Assembly: GCF_000981785.2 (NCBI RefSeq)
Contig: NZ_CP011304.1
Span: forward strand, 1,170,001 to 1,202,000
Direction: 5' to 3'
Length of the DNA: 32,000 nt
From: Microcystis aeruginosa NIES-2549
GTDB lineage: Bacteria > Cyanobacteriota > Cyanobacteriia > Cyanobacteriales > Microcystaceae
Part shown: positions 9,381 to 17,757 of the stretch, in pieces
How positions within the stretch are numbered: position 1 is the stretch's first letter
How the letters are laid out: every line of letters begins with the position of its first letter
Notes under the pieces: model-generated
What the model saw: only the letters and a program-made list of their open reading frames with translations
Told to the model about the DNA's origin: nothing
Databases searched by the model: none
Position numbers and translations under genes: made by a program

Positions 9381-10637
9381 ATGCCCTTCTCTTTCCCCTC
9401 CCGGACTCCCCTGAGTAATGATTTTATTGCCCTCTGTCAGGCACAGATGGAACTTTTGCGGGAGCAAATGGAAGCGGACAGAAGTGCGGTTTATTTAACT
9501 GAACCTTTATCGAGCGATTTAATCCCAGTCGTTGTTTATCCGCCCTTTAATCCCCCTTCTCCCCAAAAAAAGCGGCTTTCCTTACAACCAGGGCAACCGG
9601 TGGCCGACCTGTTAACTGCGGTTAAATTAGAAGATTTATCCCACCTCTGGAGTAATCAGGAGAGCGTCAGCGGTCATCGCTTGTTTTTACCCTTAATGTA
9701 TGAAGAGGGCATGATCGGATTATTGGTGACAACCAGAGAAAAACGACCTTGGCAAAGTTGGGAATTAACCCAGATGGAAAAAATCACCCAAACCCTCGCT
9801 TTAGCCTGTGTACTCGATCGCCAATTGGGAGAAGAACGTTATTATCGACAATGGCAACGTCAGCGCCTCGATACCTTTCTCCATCAAATCCGCAATCCCC
9901 TCACCGCGTTAAAAACCTTTGGTAAACTTCTACTCAAAAGGCTTTTAGCCGAAGAAGGTAACGATCCCGCCATTACCGGTATATTAAGGGAAAGCGATCG
10001 AGTTCGCGACTTAATCGCCGAATTTGAGGGACAAATTCAGCAAGAAAGCGAAAATTACCCCACTGTCGATATTCCTCTCCTGCAAGCGCAATCTTCCCCC
10101 ACTGCCTTTCTCTTGCCTGCTGGCAGCACTCAGCTAACTCCGATCGATCTCCATGATCTTCTCGATCCGCTGCTCCTTTCGGCCCAAGCGGTAGCCAAAG
10201 AGAGAAATATCAGTCTAGAAACGATTTATGGGGAAGATATACCACTTATTCGCGCCAATATCCCCGGTTTGCGGGAAGTATTCAGTAATTTAATTGATAA
10301 TGCCCTCAAATATACTCCTGCTGGCGGAAAAGTCACCGTCGAGGTGGAGAATGTTAAGAATAGTGTAGAAATTGTTTTTAAAGACACGGGTTATGGTATA
10401 CCGAGGAGCGATCAAGAAAGAATTTTTCAACGTCACTACCGGGGAGTGCAAGCGGGGGGAGATATACCCGGTACAGGATTGGGGTTAGCGATCGCCAAAG
10501 AATTAATTACCAGCATGGGGGGGAAGATTGAATTGATCAGTCCCAATCCCGAGCAAACAAGTTCCCTCTACCCCGGCACGGTTTTTCGGGTTCATATACC
10601 AGTTATAGCCGATGATAACCTCAGTACAGAAACTTGA
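9381..10637 (+). CDS. Soluble sensor histidine kinase, GAF-like N-terminal domain plus HisKA plus HATPase_c (Hik2/CSK-like architecture)
   Basis: H box FLHQIRNPLTAL, N box NLIDNALKYT, G boxes DTGYGIP and GTGLGLAIA. No TM segments. Confidence 0.85.
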   Translation: MPFSFPSRTPLSNDFIALCQAQMELLREQMEADRSAVYLTEPLSSDLIPVVVYPPFNPPSPQKKRLSLQPGQPVADLLTAVKLEDLSHLWSNQESVSGHRLFLPLMYEEGMIGLLVTTREKRPWQSWELTQMEKITQTLALACVLDRQLGEERYYRQWQRQRLDTFLHQIRNPLTALKTFGKLLLKRLLAEEGNDPAITGILRESDRVRDLIAEFEGQIQQESENYPTVDIPLLQAQSSPTAFLLPAGSTQLTPIDLHDLLDPLLLSAQAVAKERNISLETIYGEDIPLIRANIPGLREVFSNLIDNALKYTPAGGKVTVEVENVKNSVEIVFKDTGYGIPRSDQERIFQRHYRGVQAGGDIPGTGLGLAIAKELITSMGGKIELISPNPEQTSSLYPGTVFRVHIPVIADDNLSTET

Positions 10638-10756
10638 TCTGGTCGTAAATTCTGCCTATTTTCTCCCTCGGGGAATCTCCCGATCGATCAGTTAAAATAT
10701 ATCGGAAATATCATTTTTACTGGTAACTTGGCTGTGAAGCAAAGAATTAACTAATT

Positions 10757-11134
10757 ATGCCGACGATCGAACAATTAGAACCCGCTAATAAGGCCGATGT
10801 GTTAGTATATATGCCCTACTATGCCAAGGACAAACATAGTATGCTGCCCTATGCGATCGCTTTGTATCAGGGAGGATATTTAGAAGGTCGTCGTCGCATA
10901 GAAAATAGTGAAGGGATTCCCTTTGTCGCCTCTTGGTATGTATCAAAATTGCCCTCGGAGTTAACCCGTTGTCGTTTACAATTTGAAGGACAGGCCGACC
11001 TAAGCTATGAGATGACAATTATTAACGCCGAGTTGATCGAATATCTAATCGGTGCAATTAAAACCTTTAAGCAGCTAGGTTCGGCCGACTTTTCGCAGGG
11101 ATTTTATCGGAAACTGCTGCGATTTGAAGGATAA
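10757..11134 (+). CDS. Hypothetical protein (125 aa)
   Basis: Clean ORF co-directional with the two downstream genes. No motif recognised. Confidence 0.5.
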   Translation: MPTIEQLEPANKADVLVYMPYYAKDKHSMLPYAIALYQGGYLEGRRRIENSEGIPFVASWYVSKLPSELTRCRLQFEGQADLSYEMTIINAELIEYLIGAIKTFKQLGSADFSQGFYRKLLRFEG

Positions 11135-11168
11135 AAATCGAGATTGTACGGGTTAAAAGGAGCAAATC

Positions 11169-12245
11169 GTGGCGAAATCAGCCAAATCTATACTTATCTC
11201 TTCCCTAGAACCCCTCAGTGGTAAATCGGGAACTGTCGTCGGTTTAGCGCATCTATTGCGACAAAAAGGACTAGAGATAAGTTACGGCAAACCAGTGGGC
11301 AATTGTCCGGGCTACGTCGATGGGCAATTGGTCGATGAGGATGTAGAATTTATTCGGCAATTACTAGAATTATCCCCCGAGCGGCTGCGTTTACCAGTGA
11401 TTTACACAGATGTGGATTCCGTTGCTAAACGTTTACAAGGTGCAGATAAACAGGACTACGGCAATATTCTTGCTGGTTATCTCGATCGAGTTAACAGTGA
11501 TATTACCCTCCTCGAAGGGCCGGGGACTCTCTGGGAAGGGAGTATTTTTCAGCTGTCGATGGGGGAGATGGCCAAAATTCTCCAGACTCCGATCCTATTG
11601 GTGGCCCGCTATAGTTCTCCCCTGATTGCCGAGAGTCTGCTGAAAGCAAGAGAGGAATTAAATAATCAGCTGCTGGGGGTAGTGATTAGCGATATCCCGG
11701 CCGATGATTGGGAGGAAGTACAATCTCTCCTGAAACCCTATTTGGCCGGCCAAGGAGTGGAAGTTTTAGGACTGTTACCCGCTAGTAAACTGCTGCGTAG
11801 TATTAGTGTTCGGGAAATTGTCCATCTTTTGGGGGCAAAAGTATTATGTCGGCCCGATCGTTTAGATTGGATGGTAGAAAGTTTAGCGATCGGGGCAATG
11901 AATGTCAACGCCGCTTTAGAATATTTTCGCAAGGGGGAAAATATGGCCGTGATCACGGGCGGCGATCGCACAGACCTACAGTTAGCTGCCCTAGAAACTT
12001 CTACCACCTGTTTGATCTTAACTGGTTCCATCTCTCCGGATCCCCTGATTCTGGGCCGGGCCGAAGATTTAGAAGTCCCGATTCTCTCGGTAAATTTAGA
12101 TACTCTCACCACCGTGGAAATCGTCGATCAGGCCTTCGGGAAGATTCGCTTACAGGAACAGGTAAAAGTCGCTTGTATTCGACAATTAATGGAGGAACAT
12201 TTCCAGATCGATCGCCTGTTAGAAAAGTTAACAATAGGGGCGTAA
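11169..12245 (+). CDS. Phosphotransacetylase-family protein: P-loop-like N-terminal domain plus DRTGG domain, lacking the catalytic PTA domain
   Basis: GTG start with AAGGAG 7 nt upstream. N-terminal LSGKSG loop and a DRTGG-type motif (ITGGDRTDLQLAAL). Confidence 0.75.
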   Translation: MAKSAKSILISSLEPLSGKSGTVVGLAHLLRQKGLEISYGKPVGNCPGYVDGQLVDEDVEFIRQLLELSPERLRLPVIYTDVDSVAKRLQGADKQDYGNILAGYLDRVNSDITLLEGPGTLWEGSIFQLSMGEMAKILQTPILLVARYSSPLIAESLLKAREELNNQLLGVVISDIPADDWEEVQSLLKPYLAGQGVEVLGLLPASKLLRSISVREIVHLLGAKVLCRPDRLDWMVESLAIGAMNVNAALEYFRKGENMAVITGGDRTDLQLAALETSTTCLILTGSISPDPLILGRAEDLEVPILSVNLDTLTTVEIVDQAFGKIRLQEQVKVACIRQLMEEHFQIDRLLEKLTIGA

Positions 12246-12270
12246 TTTCTCCCCAGCTGCCGAGAATTTC

Positions 12271-14085
12271 ATGGGAAATCACTTCATGACTCCATCACCC
12301 CCCCCTGTGTCCCCTCCGGTCAAAGAAAATGACTGGAGCTTACTATTAAGATTACTTCCCTACGCCAAAAAGCAAAAAGCCCTGCTATTTTGGTCATTAA
12401 TACTTCTTTTTCCCCTATCTCTGACGGGGGCGATCCAACCCTTAATTATCGGTCAAGCGGTCTCCCTTTTGCAAAAGGAACAAACTTGGGGTTTTTTGGC
12501 TCAAATGCCCTTAACGGCAGCCATTAACACCTTAATTATTATCCTGTCGGCTGCGATTATTTTACGACTGATTTTAGGGACAATGCAAGGTTATCTAGTG
12601 CAGAAAGTCGGTCAGTCCATTACTGCTAATGTCCGGGAAGATTTATTTAGCCATGTCACCTCCCTTTCCTCCAGTTTTTTTGATCGCTCTCCCGTGGGAC
12701 GTTTAGTCACCCGTTTAACCAGCGATGTGGAAGCATTAGGAGAAGTTTTTGCTAGTGGCGCGATCGGAGTTGTCAGTGATTTAGTCTATATTGTAGTTAT
12801 CATCATCACCATGTTTACCCTGCAATGGCAATTAGCCCTATTGTTGGTGTTGATGTTATTTCCTGTCACTGCTTTAATTATCTTTTTTCAAAAACAATAT
12901 CGCAGCGCTAACTATCAGGTACGCGAGCAATTATCAAAACTTAATGCCCAATTACAAGAAAATGTAGTCGGAGTTAATATTGTTCAATTATTTCGCCGCG
13001 AACGCTTTAACGCTGAAATGTTTCGCGCTATCAATACTCACTATCGGCAATCCCTAGATAAAACAATTTTTTATGATTCGGCCGTCTCAGCTACTTTAGA
13101 ATGGATCGGATTAATTGCCGTGGCAGGAGTATTATGGTTAGGCGGTATTTTTATTCTCCAGAAAACCATTGATTTTGGGGTTCTATCGGCTTTTATTTTA
13201 TTCTCCCAACGTCTCTTTAATCCCCTGCGTCAGTTTGCCGAAAAATTTACCATGTTTCAAGCGGGGTTTACTGCTATCGAACGCATTGGGGAATTAATTA
13301 GTATTCCCATTGAAATCACCGATTCTAACAATTATAAAGAGATATCTTTCCCAGAAAAACTTAAAACTGGCGAGATTATTTTTGAAAATGTTTGGTTTGG
13401 TTATAAACCGGATGAATATATTATCAAAGGTCTCAATTTTACTATTAATCCGGGGGAAAAAGTCGCTTTAGTCGGTCCCACTGGTGCGGGAAAAAGTTCA
13501 ATTATTCGTCTTCTCTGTCGTCTTTATGAACCAAATAAGGGCAGAATTCTAGTGGATGGTATCGATATCCGTTATCTTCCCCAAGCGGAATTAAGACGTT
13601 ATATTGGTGTCATTCTCCAAGAAACTTTTCTCTTTGCTGGGGATGTTACTCGCAATATTACTTTAGGAGAAAATTATGATTTTGAGCAGGTGAAGGCAGC
13701 GGCTAAATTAACTAATATCGATCACTTTATCGAGGAGTTACCCGATGGTTATCATACCCGTTTACGCGAACGGGGCGCAAATTTGTCGGGAGGACAAAAA
13801 CAATTACTCGCTTTTGCGAGAGTCGCTATTCGTAACCCAGAAATTTTAGTTTTAGATGAAGCTACTGCTAGTTTAGACGTGGGGACAGAAGTATTAATTC
13901 AAGAAGCTTTAGAACAGATTTTAGTCGATCGTACTGCTATTATTATCGCTCATCGTCTCTCCACTATTCGCGATGTCGATCGAATTCTTGTGCTGAAACG
14001 CGGGGAATTAGTCGAATCGGGAACCCATGAAGATTTATTAACCAAAGACGGCCTCTACGCTAGTTTGTCGAAAATTTGGGTTTAA
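12271..14085 (+). CDS. ABC exporter, fused permease/ATPase (MsbA/MdlB-like)
   Basis: Six-TM N-terminal half, Walker A GPTGAGKSS, signature LSGGQKQ, Walker B ILVLDEATA. Confidence 0.9.
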   Translation: MGNHFMTPSPPPVSPPVKENDWSLLLRLLPYAKKQKALLFWSLILLFPLSLTGAIQPLIIGQAVSLLQKEQTWGFLAQMPLTAAINTLIIILSAAIILRLILGTMQGYLVQKVGQSITANVREDLFSHVTSLSSSFFDRSPVGRLVTRLTSDVEALGEVFASGAIGVVSDLVYIVVIIITMFTLQWQLALLLVLMLFPVTALIIFFQKQYRSANYQVREQLSKLNAQLQENVVGVNIVQLFRRERFNAEMFRAINTHYRQSLDKTIFYDSAVSATLEWIGLIAVAGVLWLGGIFILQKTIDFGVLSAFILFSQRLFNPLRQFAEKFTMFQAGFTAIERIGELISIPIEITDSNNYKEISFPEKLKTGEIIFENVWFGYKPDEYIIKGLNFTINPGEKVALVGPTGAGKSSIIRLLCRLYEPNKGRILVDGIDIRYLPQAELRRYIGVILQETFLFAGDVTRNITLGENYDFEQVKAAAKLTNIDHFIEELPDGYHTRLRERGANLSGGQKQLLAFARVAIRNPEILVLDEATASLDVGTEVLIQEALEQILVDRTAIIIAHRLSTIRDVDRILVLKRGELVESGTHEDLLTKDGLYASLSKIWV

Positions 14086-14109
14086 AACCGCGAAGTTCCA
14101 GCATTTGTC

Positions 14110-14568
14110 TTAAATTTTCCCATTCTTTTGCAAATAATCGACTAATGCCCATAATCCTAAGCGATAACTTTGGGCCCCAAAACCGCTAATCTGTCCGATA
14201 GCTATATCGGCAATGTAGGAATGATGACGAAAAGACTCGCGTTTGTAAATATTGCTTAAGTGTACTTCCACACAGGCAATTTTTGTGCCTAAGAGTGCGT
14301 CGCGGATGGCGATACTGGTATGAGTATAAGCTGCTGCATTAATCAAAATACCGTCATGCTGACCCCATGCTTGCTGAATCCAGTCCACTAATTGCCCTTC
14401 CTGATTGGACTGGTGCGCGGTTAAATTCACCCCTAAACGGGTAGCTTCTTCGCTTAAAAACTGGTTAATCGCTTCTAAATTGACGTTACCGTAGAGATTC
14501 GGCTCTCTTTTCCCCAATAGGTTTAAATTCGGCCCGTGTAAAACCAGAATGCTTAGTTTATTCACCAC
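14110..14568 (-). CDS. aroQ: Type II 3-dehydroquinate dehydratase
   Basis: Contains [16 protein letters not shown] and the AYTHTSIA motif. The track ATG at 14586 would place a GGGAGGA Shine-Dalgarno inside the coding sequence. GTG at 14568 (or 14565) just after it is the more likely start. Confidence 0.92.
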   Translation of the reverse strand: MVNKLSILVLHGPNLNLLGKREPNLYGNVNLEAINQFLSEEATRLGVNLTAHQSNQEGQLVDWIQQAWGQHDGILINAAAYTHTSIAIRDALLGTKIACVEVHLSNIYKRESFRHHSYIADIAIGQISGFGAQSYRLGLWALVDYLQKNGKI

Positions 14569-14654
14569 TGTCCTCCCTATGATCACCAGAATTAATCTTA
14601 TCTCTATCAGGGATTATTGCCTATCAACAGCATTTTTGCCGCTACGGTAATCAG

Positions 14655-14681
14655 ACTAAATCCAGTTATTAAAAACTGATT
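14655..14681 (+). repeat. Solo 27-nt copy of the terminal sequence of the repeat element at 22392-22701
   Basis: actaaatccagttattaaaaactgatt is identical to the reverse complement of 22673-22699. Confidence 0.8.
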
Positions 14682-14723
14682 CTCGGAATAAATAGCTGAA
14701 AATTTGTCAAAACGTCGTGCTTT

Positions 14724-14749
14724 GTAGGTTGATTCATGAATCAACCTAC
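14724..14749. repeat. Perfect 26-bp palindrome in the aroQ/mutL divergent intergenic region
   Basis: GTAGGTTGATTCA|TGAATCAACCTAC. A second inverted repeat, ctgcttcct...aggaagcag, lies at 14774-14810. Confidence 0.85.
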
Positions 14750-14905
14750 TATGAGAGCAAAACCTGTACTTCCCTGCTTCCTAGGGTCGTTTCATTCTCT
14801 AAGGAAGCAGCGATCGCCGATAAATTGGTAGGGAGGGGAGTCCTTAATCAAGCACCCCCTGTGCGACAATGTATCGAGTTTGCCCTTGGCTAAAACCATT
14901 AATTG

Positions 14906-16558
14906 ATGACCTTACCCATACAAGTTTTACCCCAAGACGTAATTGATTTAATTGCCGCAGGAGAGGTAATCGACTCTTTAGGTGCTGTGGTGCGAGAATT
15001 AGTCGAAAATGCCATTGATGCGGGGGCAGATAGGATTACCATCGATATATCTCCCCAAAATTGGCGAATACAAGTATCGGATAACGGCAGGGGAATGTCT
15101 AGAGAAGATTTGCAACTGTGTAGCTATGCCCACAGTACCAGCAAAATCCGCCAACGGGACGATCTTTGGCAGATTACCAGTCTCGGATTCCGTGGTGAAG
15201 CTTTGCACAGTATCGCACAGGTGGCGCGTCTGCGGGTTGCCAGTCGCCATGACGATGATTTAGGTTGTTATTGTCTTTACAATCACCAAGGCGAGCCGGA
15301 TAATTTAGAAACGATTCCTATAGCTATCGGCACTATCGTCACGGTAGAGAATCTCTTTGGTAACTTTCCTGTGCGTCGTCAAGCTTTACCGTCAATTAAC
15401 AAACAATTAAAGGATATACAGACTTTAATTCATAATTTTGCTCTCTGTCATCCCCATATTACTTGGCAGGTTTTCCAAGATCATCAAGATTGGTTACGCA
15501 TCAGTCCGGGTAAAGATGCCAGTCAAATATTACCGCAATTAGTTAAATCTCTGCATTTTAACGATTTAGCAGCCCTAAAACTTGACTTAACGACTCCTGA
15601 CGCAGAATTGGCTCAAATTGAATTAGTCATCGGTTTGCCCGATCGCATTTCTCGCCATCAACCGGATTGGGTTAGAATTGCTGTTAATGGGCGAATGGTG
15701 CGCTCATCGGAGTTAGAACAGGCAATATTTAAAGCTTTCGCTCGCACAGTCCCTAAAGATCGCTATCCCGTTTGTTTTCTCCATCTACATCTTAACCCCC
15801 GTTCGATCGATTGGAATCGTCACCCAGCCAAAGCGGAAATATACCTGCATAACCTCATTTTTTGGCAAGAACAGATAATTTCAGCCATAGACAAGGCGTT
15901 AGGACTAAATCCCGAACATATACCTGAAAAAGCGCAAAATCAGCGCGTCAGTCAAATTCTCAAGGCTGCCGAGGAAAAAAGCACCTATACAATAGGGGAA
16001 AAATCCAGGAAAAATCGGCTGGAATTAAAGGCATTAGCCCAAATTCACCAAACTTATATAGTTGCTGAACATCCTAACGGATTATGGTTAGTGGAACAAC
16101 ATATTGCCCATGAGCGGGTTTTGTACGAACGTTTAGAGGATAACTGGGAAATCGTGCCGTTAGATACTCCGATCATCTTAAATCAGTTAACTACTCGACA
16201 AGTCGAACAATTACAACGTTTAGGATTAGAAGTTGCTAGTTTTGGCGATCGCTCTTGGGCTATTCGTAGTATTCCTGTTCTACTAAAAGAGCGCGAGGAT
16301 CGGGCCGATGCTTTACTAGAATTAAGTTTAGGGGGCGATTTACAAACCGCTCAGGTTGCTACCGCTTGCCGTAGTGCGATCCGCAATGGTACAGCTTTAA
16401 GTTTAGAAGAAATGCAGAATTTACTCGATGATTGGCAAAATACTCGTAATCCCCGCACCTGTCCCCACGGAAGACCGATTTACTTATCCTTAGAAGAAAC
16501 CTCGCTCGCTCGCTTCTTCCGTCGTCATTGGGTAATCGGCAAAAGTCACGGCATTTAA
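14906..16558 (+). CDS. mutL: DNA mismatch repair protein MutL
   Basis: Contains IAAGEVI and ELVENAIDAG (GHKL ATPase) and a C-terminal dimerisation region. The track starts at TTG 14903, but ATG 14906 is more likely. Confidence 0.93.
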   Translation: MTLPIQVLPQDVIDLIAAGEVIDSLGAVVRELVENAIDAGADRITIDISPQNWRIQVSDNGRGMSREDLQLCSYAHSTSKIRQRDDLWQITSLGFRGEALHSIAQVARLRVASRHDDDLGCYCLYNHQGEPDNLETIPIAIGTIVTVENLFGNFPVRRQALPSINKQLKDIQTLIHNFALCHPHITWQVFQDHQDWLRISPGKDASQILPQLVKSLHFNDLAALKLDLTTPDAELAQIELVIGLPDRISRHQPDWVRIAVNGRMVRSSELEQAIFKAFARTVPKDRYPVCFLHLHLNPRSIDWNRHPAKAEIYLHNLIFWQEQIISAIDKALGLNPEHIPEKAQNQRVSQILKAAEEKSTYTIGEKSRKNRLELKALAQIHQTYIVAEHPNGLWLVEQHIAHERVLYERLEDNWEIVPLDTPIILNQLTTRQVEQLQRLGLEVASFGDRSWAIRSIPVLLKEREDRADALLELSLGGDLQTAQVATACRSAIRNGTALSLEEMQNLLDDWQNTRNPRTCPHGRPIYLSLEETSLARFFRRHWVIGKSHGI

Positions 16559-16621
16559 TCAGTTATCAGTGATCAGTTATCAGGATTCAGGATTCAGGAG
16601 TCAGGATTCAGGATTCAGGAG
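16559..16621. repeat. Nine in-phase heptamers (TCAGTTA TCAGTGA TCAGTTA TCAGGAT x2 TCAGGAG TCAGGAT x2 TCAGGAG) starting at the base after the mutL stop codon
   Basis: Direct reading; 63 nt with exact 7-nt phasing. Confidence 0.9.
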
Positions 16622-16635
16622 ATTATTTTTATTTA

Positions 16636-16834
16636 GGGTTGGCTGAATAAATCTAAAAACCTTGTTGGATAAGGTTTTTAGACTTTTTTCCCTCAAAAAG
16701 TGCCGACCATTGGAGTGATCAGGGGGAAAATTCAGGTGCTTTTTCCCCGAAAATTAGGTAATTGACCTCCTCAAAATCGGTAAAACCCTACACCCTACAC
16801 CCTACACCCACCAGCAAACTTTTTCAGCAGACCC
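16636..16834. mobile_element. Non-autonomous MITE-like insertion (199 bp) with imperfect terminal inverted repeats and a 6-bp target-site duplication TATTTA
   Basis: Ends are GGGTTGGCTGAATAAATCT and, reverse complemented, GGGTCTGCTGAAAAAGTTT (14/19 match). TATTTA occurs at 16630-16635 and 16835-16840. Removing the element plus one TATTTA restores gattatttttatttattctcc, identical to the intact site at 5060-5080. Internally there is a 10-bp perfect hairpin (TAAAAACCTT...AAGGTTTTTA, 16654-16680) and a roughly 3x heptamer repeat (CCCTACA phasing, approx 16786-16809). No ORF. Confidence 0.7.
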
Positions 16835-16868
16835 TATTTATTCTCCTCTCCCTTCTCCCATCGGGTGA

Positions 16869-16888
16869 GATGCGTCTGATGACGCATC
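16869..16888. terminator. GC-rich hairpin between the convergent genes mutL and DUF4079 (possible terminator)
   Basis: GATGCGTC-tgat-GACGCATC, followed on the plus strand by moderately T-rich sequence. No clean U-tract on either strand. Confidence 0.3.
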
Positions 16889-16906
16889 CTCTCTGTTTAG
16901 GTTTTC

Positions 16907-17377
16907 TTACATTTTGCTGAGAATACGCTGGACGATATCCATTCCTGTGAAGGCTTGCCAGCCAAAAAGACCTAAAATGACGGCATTAAGGGTAATATGG
17001 GTGATTCTAGCCAATTCGTTGCCTTTTTGCATTAAAGGTACTAAAGCGGCACTAATCGAGATTAAACCCACCATCCCTAAACCGGCCAGCAGATGGGGCC
17101 CGACAAATAATTTACCGTTATTAATATAAGTCACCGCCATAGCCCCGATCGTCCCCAACACCATTAAAGCGAGGATGAGGGAGCCAATTTGATAGTGTTT
17201 AGTGCGAAAATCCTTGGGCAATAATTGTTTTTTTAGGTCTTTATCTGCTGTCCGCGTCCGTCGCCATTGTAGCCCCGAATAGAGGGCATAGATAGTTAAT
17301 CCTAATAAAACCCACATGAGAATGGGATGGCCAAATTGTGACCAAGTTTTTACGGCACTGGGAATCTCGAAGTTCAT
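16907..17377 (-). CDS. DUF4079-family integral membrane protein
   Basis: 156 aa with four predicted TM helices. The family is recalled from cyanobacterial and plastid-lineage proteins. Confidence 0.75.
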   Translation of the reverse strand: MNFEIPSAVKTWSQFGHPILMWVLLGLTIYALYSGLQWRRTRTADKDLKKQLLPKDFRTKHYQIGSLILALMVLGTIGAMAVTYINNGKLFVGPHLLAGLGMVGLISISAALVPLMQKGNELARITHITLNAVILGLFGWQAFTGMDIVQRILSKM

Positions 17378-17506
17378 AGTTGTCTGTTCTCATCAAAGAT
17401 CGCTTCTTAATAAAAATTAACATGAATCGCTCGCGCTTCCTTGTTTTCTGGGTCACTGGACCTGTCATACTAAATTCCGTTTAAAAGCTATAGGAGAGTG
17501 AGGTGT

Positions 17507-17535
17507 GGGGAGAATAAATAAAAATAGTCTCCTGA
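17507..17535 (-). repeat. Third copy of the 29-bp AT-loop palindromic element
   Basis: The reverse complement tcaggagactatttttatttattctcccc differs at one base from 5054-5082. Confidence 0.85.
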
Positions 17536-17601
17536 CTAAGCTAAGACGCATTTAACCCGCTTATTCTTAGATTAGCCGAACCTCCCCCAATCCCTTTACT
17601 A

Positions 17602-17629
17602 TTGCCTTTTGCCTTTTGCCTCTTGCCTC
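17602..17629. repeat. Tandem heptamer repeat (TTGCCTY) x4, the reverse-complement family of 1512-1543
   Basis: ttgcctt ttgcctt ttgcctc ttgcctc. Confidence 0.85.
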
Positions 17630-17757
17630 GTCTCAACAAGCAATTTAAATTACGAACAGCTTATCTTTGTTCAAACCAACGTTTAAATCAACCAAGGTCG
17701 ATCGCAAATCGCTATGATAGAATATTGGGTCTTTAATTTCCGTCCCCTTCTCCCCTT

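Noticed and set aside
11846-12289. Long alternative-frame and antisense ORFs inside well-supported genes, e.g. 11846-12289, 11738-12112, 7730-8035, 17916-18203, 18204-18458, 19554-19886, 24338-24649, 4066-4359 and 78-371.
   Set aside because: Each lies wholly within a gene that has clear family motifs in another frame. Their translations are low-complexity (Arg/Ser/Pro-rich) with no recognisable motifs, which is typical of shadow ORFs.
14774-14810. A GGAAGCAGC segment reminiscent of the SRP (4.5S) RNA domain IV.
   Set aside because: The surrounding sequence lacks the conserved GGAA tetraloop and symmetric-loop context and the long helix of SRP RNA. Only a 9-nt resemblance exists.
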